A stretch of 64,000 nucleotides of DNA from Lama guanicoe (taxonomy: Eukaryota), in NCBI GenBank assembly GCA_013239625.1, contig MU053376.1, positions 396,833-460,832 of the forward strand, read 5' to 3'. Made by a program: the position numbers and the translations under genes. Shown here piece by piece: positions 12,789-23,332 of this stretch (the stretch's first letter is position 1; every line of letters begins with the position of its first letter). Under the pieces are notes generated by a model, which was given only the letters and a program-made list of their open reading frames with translations, made no database searches and had not been told where the DNA came from.

Positions 12789-12943
12789 AGTTGCAGGTAA
12801 AAGTAAGTGGCTCCCGCAGGCTGTCACACAACACTGTCACCTTCAGGTTAACCTCATCCCCTAGGTGCTCCGGGCTCGGGGTGACAGCACTCCAGACATA
12901 GCCTGTGAGGGAGTAGTCTTGGATGTCAGAGCCAGATCGAAGG
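12789..12943 (-). CDS. PIK3C2B: PIK3C2B coding exon 3 (155 nt), start of Ras-binding domain region
   Basis: LRSGSDIQDYSLTGYVWSAVTPSPEHLGDEVNLKVTVLCDSLREPLTFTCN; ctcttcctgcacag / gtaagt; phase 2 to 1. Confidence 0.96.
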
Positions 12944-13568
12944 CTGTGCAGGAAGAGAGGGAGAAGGACCCTCGCTGTGCCTCCCGAAGGGAGCAGTCAA
13001 GAAGAGGCCTGCCGGGACCCTCCCACCCTGAGGCCTGAGGGCCCTTCTGTCCCCACCCAACCCGGCGGCCCTCCAGGTCTTCAGGCCAGGATGGAGGCAT
13101 TGGGGAAGCAGCTCTGGGAAACCACGGTCTCGACACATTCGTTGCAAAGATTTTCCTAAGCTGAGTTGAACATTAGGGTTAGTTCTATAATGACACAGCT
13201 TTCCATAATAAGTTCCATGGAAAAGTTTTCTGAACCCACTTCCTTTCTCTTTTCACTTCAGATAAAATAACACGCTTATCTCCAACTGGGGTGCATTTGT
13301 TCCTAAGGGCAACAGAGCCGGAAAAGATTGGAATCATTTGACTTTTAGATGGAGGTTTCATGAAATTTTGTCCAAAATGTGAAACTTCTTAAGATCCCAA
13401 CAAGCCTGCAAATACCTGTTGTAGGAAGCATTCCATAGTTTTGAACTGAGGTTTATTCAATCTGGCTCTTCTTCCTCCCCAGAAAGTTCTGAACGGGGTT
13501 GGGGGGGGGTGACTCTCCTCCCCACCGCCCCCAACTCTCCCCAACCCTCCGATTCTTTTAACTCTTAC

Positions 13569-13669
13569 ATATCCAGCATGTGGCAAAATGCAGCAACTTC
13601 CTCATCTCTCTCCTCTGAGACCTCAAACAGCTCATGGCCATTGGTGACGGCGTGGGGCCGGGAGCCCAC
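13569..13669 (-). CDS. PIK3C2B: PIK3C2B coding exon 2 (101 nt)
   Basis: VGSRPHAVTNGHELFEVSEERDEEVAAFCHMLD(I); ttctcttaaag acceptor, gtaaga donor; phase 0 to 2. Confidence 0.96.
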
Positions 13670-16600
13670 CTTTAAGAGAAGAGTAGTTGACTCAGCGCCT
13701 CTCCCCTCATGCCAGCCCCTCCCCATAGGCTGCTCCTGATCTAAACTCTTTAACTCTAGGTGTCAAGGCTTTCTAGTGAAAGGCGCACAAGAAAATAGGG
13801 GAAATTCAGGATTATCTATCCTCCTAAGAGACCAAGAACCAAGCTGAAAACGAGGACTTCAAGCCTTGGCGAAGTCTGGAAGCCTGGGTGGGATGGACAT
13901 GAGTGTGGCCCAACCTCCTTCCAGAGAGGCCAATGTCTAATATGCTCAAGGCTGCCGGTCAGGCAGTGCCCGGCTTGCTGGGCTGCAGGCACCAAGCAGT
14001 CCCCAGGGAAGCTGGGCCCTGAGCAAAGTTTCAACATCCACAGCCGGCCACAGGGACCCAGCACGGAGAGGGGCTGAAAGTCCATAGATGGAGGTGATGA
14101 CTCAGATACACGTCCCTTCCCGGGCAATGCTATTTGAGGAAGAAAGTGTCAAAGCAGCTTTCCGGGTAGGAAAAGAACCTGATAGAAGGCTTAGCTCCTC
14201 CTGGCTCTTGAGTCTTGTGGTCCTGAACAGCTGGAATGTCAGGGAGCCTGCCTGAGCCCCACTCCCTGTCCGAGCACATGTGTGTGGTGGTGGGGATTCT
14301 CTCAAAGCAGACCTCAAACTGTCTCCCACCCCACAGCTGCTCTCAGTCACCCTTGAGGAGTTCTAAAGCAGCCCTCGAACAAGGCCTGCAGTGCAGCCCC
14401 AGGGAGGAGGAAGTGGAGGGGGAGCTGGTGCGTGACGGGCCTGCTCAGAGCCGCCAGGGGAGGCCACCCCAAGGGAATGAAGCGACATCTCGGATGGAGT
14501 GCTGGCCTGCATCCGGTAAAGCGGCCACTTCCGGGGTCTGCACACACACGCACCGCCTCACCTCTCAGCCTGCCCCGGGCTCTCCTGCCATCCTCCCCGC
14601 CCGCGGGGGGCAGATGGCAACAGCTGAGCTCCTCATTTGAATATCCAGATTGTTTCCTGAGTGACCCCCTCTGATTGGCCTTGCTCCCCTGGGTGAGCAC
14701 GGAGGGGGTGCAGAGAGGGGAGGGCAGCCGTGGGGCCAGTTGGCATGTGAGGCCCTGGCTCTGCCAAGTTCGTGCCTGTGTCCCAGTCAAAACAATAGCA
14801 CCACTGTCAGCAACTAACCCACAAAAGTGAGAGCAATAGGGAAAGAGACAGAGACAGAGACAGAGACAGAGAGACAGAGAGAGGAGGGGAAGGCAAGGGG
14901 CGTGGAGAAGAGAGTGGAGACTGAGGGCCATTTTCATGCTCTTTCAGTGCCACTCACTGGCTCCATAAGAAAACAAAAGCCACTTACGTTCACCCTGCTG
15001 GCAGGCCCTGGTGGCATCGCCCGATGCTGGTGGGGGGAGTTTGCCGGGTAGAGGCTGGCAGCGGGGGTATCAGGCTGGCATTTGGAGCCAACCATTTCCA
15101 GAGCTGGCTCTGCAGGCCTGGGACAAGGAGGCACCCTCCCGCTGGAAGCCCGGCGACGGCGGGGCGGTGGTACAGGCCGAGGGACTGAGGGGTCCCCCCT
15201 CCTGGTGGGATGAGCCCCTGCACTGAGCTGGGATGGGGAAGACCAAGGCCGCATTTTCCCCTAAGAACTGGCCAGGGCTTTTTGCTTTGCCCCAGGTTCT
15301 TCAAGGAGACTCTGGACCAAGCTCCCTCCCAGAACTCTGATAACACACAGGGGATGGGGGAAGGAAGGGGGCAGGGAGCAGGAGTGGGAGGCACAGAGGT
15401 GACCACCTACCAGGGTGGCCTGATTCGGTAGGGTGGCGAGCAGGCCCAGCTGTGCGGAACAGGAATCTCCCAGTCCCTATAAATAGCGAGATCAGCCCCA
15501 CCTCTCAGAGCAGGGCCTTTAAAAGGCCCTGTGCGCTAGAGCTGTGACTTATCCCTGGAGCTGCCTCTGCTTTGGGAGACTCTCAGCAGAAGCACAGGAA
15601 GAAAGGACCACGTGGTTTTTCCAGAGTTGTGAAGGATCCCAACTGCTGGGACACAAGGTGGGAAAGCCCCAGCGTCCCTCAGACAATGGATAAGGAGGAA
15701 ACAGGGATGGAATGAGGAGGCGCGCTGTCAGGACAGAAGTCATCCGCTGTGGGGGGTGCCTCTCGACTCCAGGGCCCAAAGGTGAAACACAAAGCAGGCT
15801 TCAGGTCCCACCTATGGAGGTGCTGCTGGCTCTTTTTAAACCAGAAAAAGATCAAGCCTGTCCTGGAGCCCACCCCACGCTTCTATGTAGAGATTTTGCT
15901 ATTTCATACTATCTACCGATAAGAGTAATTAATGTCATATTGCGTATTTTTTTCTAAATATTTTCACTGTGAAAAGAGATGGATGACGGTAATGGTTACA
16001 CAACTACGTGACTGTATTTAATGCCACTGAACAGAACACTTAAAATCGGTTAAGACAGTAAATTGTATGGTACGTATATTTTATCACAGTAAAAGAAAGA
16101 GAAAGAGATGGAGGGAGGGGGTGGGGGAGAGAAACAGACAGCGACAGAGAGAGAGTCAGAGAAGGGGTGAGGAGAGACAGACAGAAGAAGAGAGACAGAG
16201 AGAGCCAGAGAGGAAGAAAGCCGAAAGACAGAAGGAGGGAGAAGAGAGACGGAGGAGGACAATCGAGCTTCGGGAGGAGAGGGACCCGGGCTGTGTGCTG
16301 TGGACTGCTGGGCGGGGTTGCTGAGGCGTCTGACCCAGGGTCTGGGGACTCAGTGAGCAGTAAACAGTTAATGTCATGATTAGGCCCCATCACCAGGCAG
16401 CATTTTTGGCAGAGCAGAAAGTCAAAGAGCAGAGGCAACTCACTCCAGAGCACAAAGCCATCGGGCATAGAGTCACCAAGGCACCCAATCGCCTCACCCC
16501 AGTTCATCGTTACATCGTGGAGTGGACGCACACTGGGACCTGCCCCCAGAAGAGCCATCTGGCCAAGATACACAAAACTTGGCCGGAAAAGGAGCCACAT

Positions 16601-16792
16601 CGCTACTGGTACCCCTCTGCCTCTCCCGCATCAGGGCCCGGGGGCCCAGGGTCAGAGGCAGAGGGCAGGAGAGGCCCAAAGGGGTGAGTGTGGGGCAGAT
16701 GTGGATGTGGAACAGCAAGCAGGAGGAGGGGCTGTTCTTTGTTTCTAAGTGACATGGGGAAAGGGGACAGAGAAACACAACAAGGTCCTCAC

Positions 16793-17725
16793 CGGAGCGG
16801 CAGAAATCCGGCGATTCTTGCCATGTGTTGAGTTTTTTCGGTTGGCATAGCGGGAGGTGTAGGTGCGGGGAGGCACCTGGGGAGGCATGGTCTTGCTCCG
16901 GGCCACGGGTTTTCCAGGGGTGTCCTTGCTGAAGTCCAGGGGTGCCCGGCCCTCCTTCCAGCCCCTGGTGGCGTCCCGCAACATCTCTGCATCATAGGTT
17001 GACTTCAAGTTGAGCCGTGTAATGGCATCATTGATACCGTCGTAGTCCACAGAGTCCAGGAGGCGCCCCGGACCCCTACCTCTCGGCTCCTCCTCCTCTT
17101 CTAGGATCTCTTGCCCTAGCAATTTGCCTGGAGGTTGTTCGGCCAAAGAAAAAGTGTTGATGTCATTGGGCTGGGAGATCTTGGAGGGTGAGGGAGACCC
17201 CTTTCTGGGAGGCAGGGGAGGAATGTTCCAGATAGAGACTCGAGGAGGCAGAGGAGGTGGGGACAGTTTCTTGGAAGAATCATCTGTGTCCCCGGGTCCT
17301 GAGGACAAAGAGAGTCCCTCATCCGAACCATCAAAAATGTAGAGATAGTCTCCAGCCAGGGTGCCTTTGGGCCAGGGATCTGGGCCAGGCTGCGAGCCCT
17401 GGGAGGTAGAGTGGTTGGGCAGCCCTTCCTGTGGGGAGAGTGAGTTGTAATTGAGGGTAGGATCAGAGCCAGAAAGACCGCGCAAGAGCGTGAGGTCCTT
17501 CCGCCTTCCCGCTGGCTTGCTGTAGAAGTCTAGGACGGGCTCGTCCCAGCTGATGAGAGAGGGGTCTGTGTTCTGCTTGGCTCTGCTTTCCTCCTTGTCA
17601 TGCCGAAGCCGGGACAGAGCGTCATACTCCATCTGCAGGGCCTCGGCCATGGCCAGCTCCTTGCGGCTGATGCCCACCAACTCCAGTGACTTCCAGTGCT
17701 CCCCATTGCCCTGAGTCGAAGACAT
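16793..17725 (-). CDS. PIK3C2B: PIK3C2B (class II PI3K beta) first coding exon, 933 nt, aa 1-311; exon begins at 17813 including 88 nt of 5'UTR
   Basis: Translates MSSTQGNGEHWKSLE...PPPLPPR...PPLPPRK...PPQVPPR...RRISAAP; Kozak caccATGt; acceptor tatccctcacctgcag at 17814-17815; donor GTGAGG at 16792. Confidence 0.98.
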
Positions 17726-18139
17726 GGTGAGGATGGGGGACACGGGAGACAAGGAAGTCTTCTACTTCCTGGCAATGTCAGGTCTGCAGGGTTGTGGCAT
17801 GGTGTCTGGGCACCTGCAGGTGAGGGATAAAGATATCAATCATTCAGCCACAAAAAGAGATGTGTGAATAATCTGACTGGGTTATATCATCTGGGCCACT
17901 GCCTGTTTCTTGAGTGCCTACTACAGATGGAAAGAAACTGAAAGATGGAGGAAAAAAGACACCAAGACAAATTTATTTATCTATTACATCCATCCACCCT
18001 TCCATTCATCTATATATGTTTCTGTCTCTGGTCCCTAACTCCATCCTCACCTTGCTCACAGGTACACTGAGGAAAGGAGGAGTCATTTTGTGTCAGCTAA
18101 GAGGAAAAGATGGAGACAGGCTCTTCAGTCAATTTAAAG

Positions 18140-18775
18140 AGGGCACACCGCTGGTGGGGAATGTGAAACAGTACAACCACCTTGGAAAACAGCTTCTCGG
18201 AAAGGTAAACATCCACTCCATGTGAGTCAGCTATCTCACTCCTGGTTCCTTACCCAAGAAAAATGAAAGTATATATATCCACACACAGACTTGCGCATGA
18301 ATGTTCATGGCAGCCTAATGTGAATACCGAAAAAGGGAAACCACCCAAATGTCCATCAGCAGGTGAATGGATTTAAGAAATGTGATATGTCCACACAATT
18401 GAATACTACTCAGCAACAAAAAGGAAAGAATTGCTGATAGCATGTAATAACATGGATGAATCACAAGATAACTAGGCTGAGGAAGAGAAGCCAGACAAAA
18501 GAGTGTGAGAGTGTAGGATTCCATTTATATAAAATTCTGGAAAATGAAAACTAATCTACAGTGACAGAAAGCAGGTCAGTGGCTATCTGAGAAGGGGTGG
18601 AAAGAGGGATGGTTACAGAGGAGGATAAAGAAACTTGGGGATGATAAAAATGTTCACCATCTTGATTGCGGTTAACAGTTTCACGGGTACATACTTACAT
18701 CAACACTTAAATCGCACACTTTAAGTATGTACAATTTATTGCATGTCAATTTTACCTCAGTAAAGCTGAAAATGA
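18140..18775 (+). mobile_element. Old LINE-1 (L1M-type) 3' fragment
   Basis: gctggtgggaatgtgaaacagtacaaccaccttggaaaac...ttttacctcagtaaagctg matches an L1M 3' end pattern. Confidence 0.8.
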
Positions 18776-19106
18776 AAAGTACAATGAGGTCCTATAAACA
18801 GACATTACAAGTACTCAGAATGCACTAAGGTCCTCCCAAAATAAACCAATATGATCAATAAAACAAGACTTGCCAACAGGTGAGGCCTGGGGGTCTTGGC
18901 CCTCAGAAGCAAGGCAGGACCCCAGGCCAGGTGCATCTGGCCGCAAGCAGCCCCCTTCATTGACTCCAGTGTTGATATCCTTTTCCTTTAGGAGCCCTGT
19001 CAAAAGGCAGTGAGGGCATGGTTGTAATGACCATGTTAGCCTGGCCCAGTGGTTCTCAACCCTGGCTCCATATTAGAAATGCTGGGGGCTGGGGGTGAGG
19101 GGGTGA

Positions 19107-19180
19107 GGGAGGGTGGAGTGTGTGTTTAGCATACACGAGGTCCTGAGTTCAATCCCCAGTACCTCCATTAAAAAAAAAAG
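19107..19180 (+). mobile_element. Camelid tRNA-derived SINE (Vic-1-like), internally deleted, inside a MER5-like hAT relic
   Basis: ttagcatacacgaggtcctgagttcaatccccagtacctcc plus A tail; flanked by cagtggttctcaac... and ...gagaacca. Confidence 0.7.
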
Positions 19181-21848
19181 AAGCATTTGGGGAACTTCTG
19201 AAAAGTACTGATGAGATTACTGGTACTCTCAAGAGATCCTGATTTAATTGGTCTGCGGTAGGGCAGTGGTATTTTTAAAAACTCCCTGGAAAATTAGTCT
19301 GTAGCGGAAGCCGAGAACCATGGACGTGTGTGTGTGTGTGCGCGCGCGCGCACATGCGCATGCGTGTGATTCAGATTAGGTTGGGGTGGGCAGGACAGTG
19401 TGAAGCAGACACTTCTGACCCTTTGCACTGGCTGCCGGTAAGTTCAGGATTTCCTAAAATTATCAACAAGTCTTCATTTTGCTGTTCTGCTTTACCCAGC
19501 AGGTAACAAACATACGAAGCACATCCTTCCTTATGATGAGAAAATTGAAAACATCAATAGGAAAAAAGTTAAGATCGATTCGTGTGTGGCAAGTTCCACA
19601 GACTCCAAATGAGTTCGGAGAACAGCATCCCCTCCCTTGAGGTGCCCTCCCGGGACCCTGGTACATCTGTCAGGTACAGGCTGGCTCAGTGAGTCCCAGG
19701 AGGTATTTTCCCAAAACCAGAAGAGCCCAAGCCCAGCTTCAGGGCACACAAAGTGGGTCTCTGCTGACTGCTCTGCCTGTTGAGTTTCTCCGCCTTCCAA
19801 CAGCTCCTTACCGATTACTTTTTATCCACAGATAGTAGGAAGGAATCTTGCTACTTGAACTTTAAAGGAATCGGATGAACAGATGGAGATACTCAGAACT
19901 TGGCCACCCACAGATGGGAACCTGGACCCAGGAAAAGGAGGGCCTAGTGCTTCAGATGGGAGATGCTAGATAAACGCTCAAAGTTGGACTGAGCTTAAGC
20001 CTTTTAATCCAGCGAACGACTGTGGATTTTCAGCCCTGAGCTGGGACAAGCAGAGTAGTAAGACTGGCCTTAGCCAGGCACCACTGTGAAGAGAAAAACT
20101 GAGGCCATAGGAAATAATCTTTCTCAACGTCCTGCCTCTCTTCCCCGTTGACAAATCCACCCTTGCATTCAGCCTCCTTTTCTTCCTTTTGGTCTCAGGG
20201 GAAGCAGGCCCCCGCCTCGTGCTGAGGGACAACCCTCCTGTGCTCCTGCCCCCATCCATGGGGTCTCCTCCAGGATAACGCTCCACGAATTTCCCTTCCC
20301 TTTCCCGTATCTTCACCTCCCTCCTTAACTGGGCCTCTCTCTTTAGCACATAAACATGTCCAAGCTTCTTCTAGCCTTAAAAAGAAAAAGAAGAGGAAAA
20401 AAAAAAAAACTACACCCTGAGCACCTTCTCTTGACTTCGTCCTCCAGCGAATACCCTCCCCGTGCTTCCTCCCCTTCCCAGCCACACTTCACAAGAGCCG
20501 AAGACACGCTGTTTCTCGACAGTGTCTTATTTATTCTTCAGCTCACCATAGTCTGGCTTCTGCCCCCAACATTCCACTAAAATGCTCCAGCAACAACGCC
20601 CAGGCGACCCAACTCCACAGACATTTCTATCTGCCCGGACACTGCTGCTGCATTTGGCTCTCAGACCATTCCCTGTCTCCTTACATCCTCTACCCCTGGC
20701 TCCCATGGTTTCTGGGACACTACTTTTTCTTGCTCTCCACCTCCATCTTTGTCCCTCTTGTGTCCACCCCTGAAATGTTGGCGCTGGCTCAGGATTCCAT
20801 TCTCAGCCTCCATTAACATGACACCCCCAGCTTGGGCAGTCTCATTTCTTCTGGTCTCCCACTCATGCCCCACTCACGTTGATGGTTCCAAATGTCTCTC
20901 CCCTCCAGTTTACATGCCCACCCTTCAAACTCCAAATGTCCAGAACTGAACTAGCACCTTCTTATTTCCTTCCCACCACCTCCTCCTCCTTCCTGGTCCC
21001 CCACCTTGGTGAGTGGCACCACCCAAGCTAGGAATCCCTACCGTCTTCCTGGGTCCTTTCACCCCATATCCAATCAAGGCCTGCCCACTCTTCCCCATAA
21101 TGCTCCCCAAATCTAGTCTTCCCCTCCACCCTAACTACTGCTGCCCTAATTAAACCCGTATCTTCTCCCACCCGGGCTATCACAAAAGCCTTCTAACAGT
21201 TCTTTCTCCTACTGATCTTTCCCTCTGTAAAGCTTGCTCCCCAGAGCAGCCAGAGGGCTCTTTGTAAAGGGTAAATCTGATAAGTTCACTCTCTGCTTAA
21301 ACCCCTTCAAAGGCTCTCTACCTGATTCCTTTACAAGGTCTTTATCATCAGCCCTCATCTTCCTCTCATCTCCAGTACATTCATTCCCATGCACTTTGTA
21401 CCTCTGCGATCTTGTTCAGTATCTTCCTGCTCCTGGGCTCACCCTTCCCGACTGCCGAGCGCTCTTTGCCTGTGTGCCTCCAACTTCTCAAACTGTGCTG
21501 AGACATCAGGTTCTTCGGGAAGGGTTCTCTGAACCCCCAGCTTGGACTAAGGTCCCCATTTTCATGCTCCCAATAGCAACCTTTAAATATCGTCTTAAAA
21601 TCTTTTATTCAAAATTACTAAGTGTGGACCTGCCACGAAGCTCCTCAAGTTCCCAAATCACCTCTTTTCCACTGAACTTGAACTGGGATATGAGGGCAGA
21701 GCTTTCTGATGGTGAGAATTTTCAGGCGTGGAGGTGGGTCGCCTGGATGCAGGTGGTGTCCTTCCCTGGGGATCCTGCAAAGGTAGGACTGGGCTAGGTT
21801 TAGCACCTGTAAAGGCAGGTGGGCAGATAGACAAGACCACCAAATGGT

Positions 21849-21940
21849 GGGGAGGGGTGTAGCTCAGTGATTGAGCATATGCTTAACATGCACGAGGTCC
21901 TGTGTTCAATCTCTGGTACCTCCATTAAAAAAAACAAAAA
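21849..21940 (+). mobile_element. Vic-1-like SINE
   Basis: ggggaggggtgtagctcagtg...gttcaatc plus A tail; TSD aagaccacca. Confidence 0.85.
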
Positions 21941-22663
21941 AGACCACCACACAAAGTGCCTTCCAGCCCTGGGATTCCTCGGTTCTGACTTACTGATTCC
22001 CTTTAGTCAAAATTCGCAGAGAATGCCACAGAATGCCACAGTTATCCCTGGGAGGAAAGAGAAGGAAGGCCCAGCTCCTGAGGCCCTTCCCAGCCTGGAA
22101 TTCACAGGAGGAAAGCTGAGCCACGCCTCTCTAACCACTGTCCCCCAGCTCCCGGCCAGGGTGCCACCCCACTGCCTGTCAGGCACTCAGAGGAGGCGCG
22201 GCCAGCTGACAGATCGTGAGCCCGGGCCGTGCTGGCAGCTGCGCCTCCCAGAAGGTTCAGTGTTCTGCTCAGTTATGCTGCACGATGCGTGCTGAGGAGG
22301 TAGGACAGACAATATCCCCTGCAGGACCAGGACCAGGACCAGAGAGCCACCCCCTAAGGTGGAGTGAAGGTTCAGAGCAGCAGCCAGGCACAGGGCCAAT
22401 CCAGAGAGGCTAAGAGGAAGGCGGGAGCTACCAGTCCCAACCACCTGCAGCTGAAGGGCGCTGGCTTCCCCTAAGAACTCAAGCGCTGAATTTCATCTTC
22501 CAGAAGGGGTGGGGAGACACAAAGTATTTTAGGAATCAGAGTCTCATGTTTCTTGCCTCCCCCATTCTCTTCCCCAATTCAGTTCCCTCCCTGCCAGTCT
22601 CTGCTGGGTTGACAAGTTAGAAACTGCTCTGTTTCCTTACTCTGCAAGGGCTACTAGAGATTC

Positions 22664-22697
<34 letters not shown>

Positions 22698-22706
22698 CCA
22701 GGGGGG

Positions 22707-23070
22707 NNNNNNNNNNNNNNNNNNNNNNNNNNNNNNNNNNNNNNNNNNNNNNNNNNNNNNNNNNNNNNNNNNNNNNNNNNNNNNNNNNNNNNNNNNNNNN
22801 NNNNNNNNNNNNNNNNNNNNNNNNNNNNNNNNNNNNNNNNNNNNNNNNNNNNNNNNNNNNNNNNNNNNNNNNNNNNNNNNNNNNNNNNNNNNNNNNNNNN
22901 NNNNNNNNNNNNNNNNNNNNNNNNNNNNNNNNNNNNNNNNNNNNNNNNNNNNNNNNNNNNNNNNNNNNNNNNNNNNNNNNNNNNNNNNNNNNNNNNNNNN
23001 NNNNNNNNNNNNNNNNNNNNNNNNNNNNNNNNNNNNNNNNNNNNNNNNNNNNNNNNNNNNNNNNNNNNNN
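22707..23070. other. Assembly gap (N)
   Basis: N run flanked by poly-A. Confidence 1.
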
Positions 23071-23205
23071 ACAGGGGAGATGAATATTATAAAAAAAAAA
23101 AAAAAAAAAAAGCAAATATCCAGGTGGGTCCCAGGAAAGAGCTCAGTGCTTGAGGGCCTGGGTCTTGGTTATTCCATACCCTATGCAGGAAGAGAAGGCT
23201 GGGGC

Positions 23206-23332
23206 CAGGACCGCGGCATCGCACAACTCCATGGAGCACCCACACACTTCACTCCATGAATGACATCCTCTAGCACAACAAAGAGAACCACGTGTATGGC
23301 GCCCCCTGGAATTGTGCACCTTGGTGGCCCTA
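23206..23332. mobile_element. MER91-like palindromic hAT relic
   Basis: Inverted arms gcacaactccatggagcacc / ggcgccccctggaattgtgc. Confidence 0.6.

Noticed and set aside
16745..17752. 335-aa ORF as a standalone gene
   Set aside because: It is the first PIK3C2B coding exon; the TTG start and the tail after SAAP are UTR and intron read-through.
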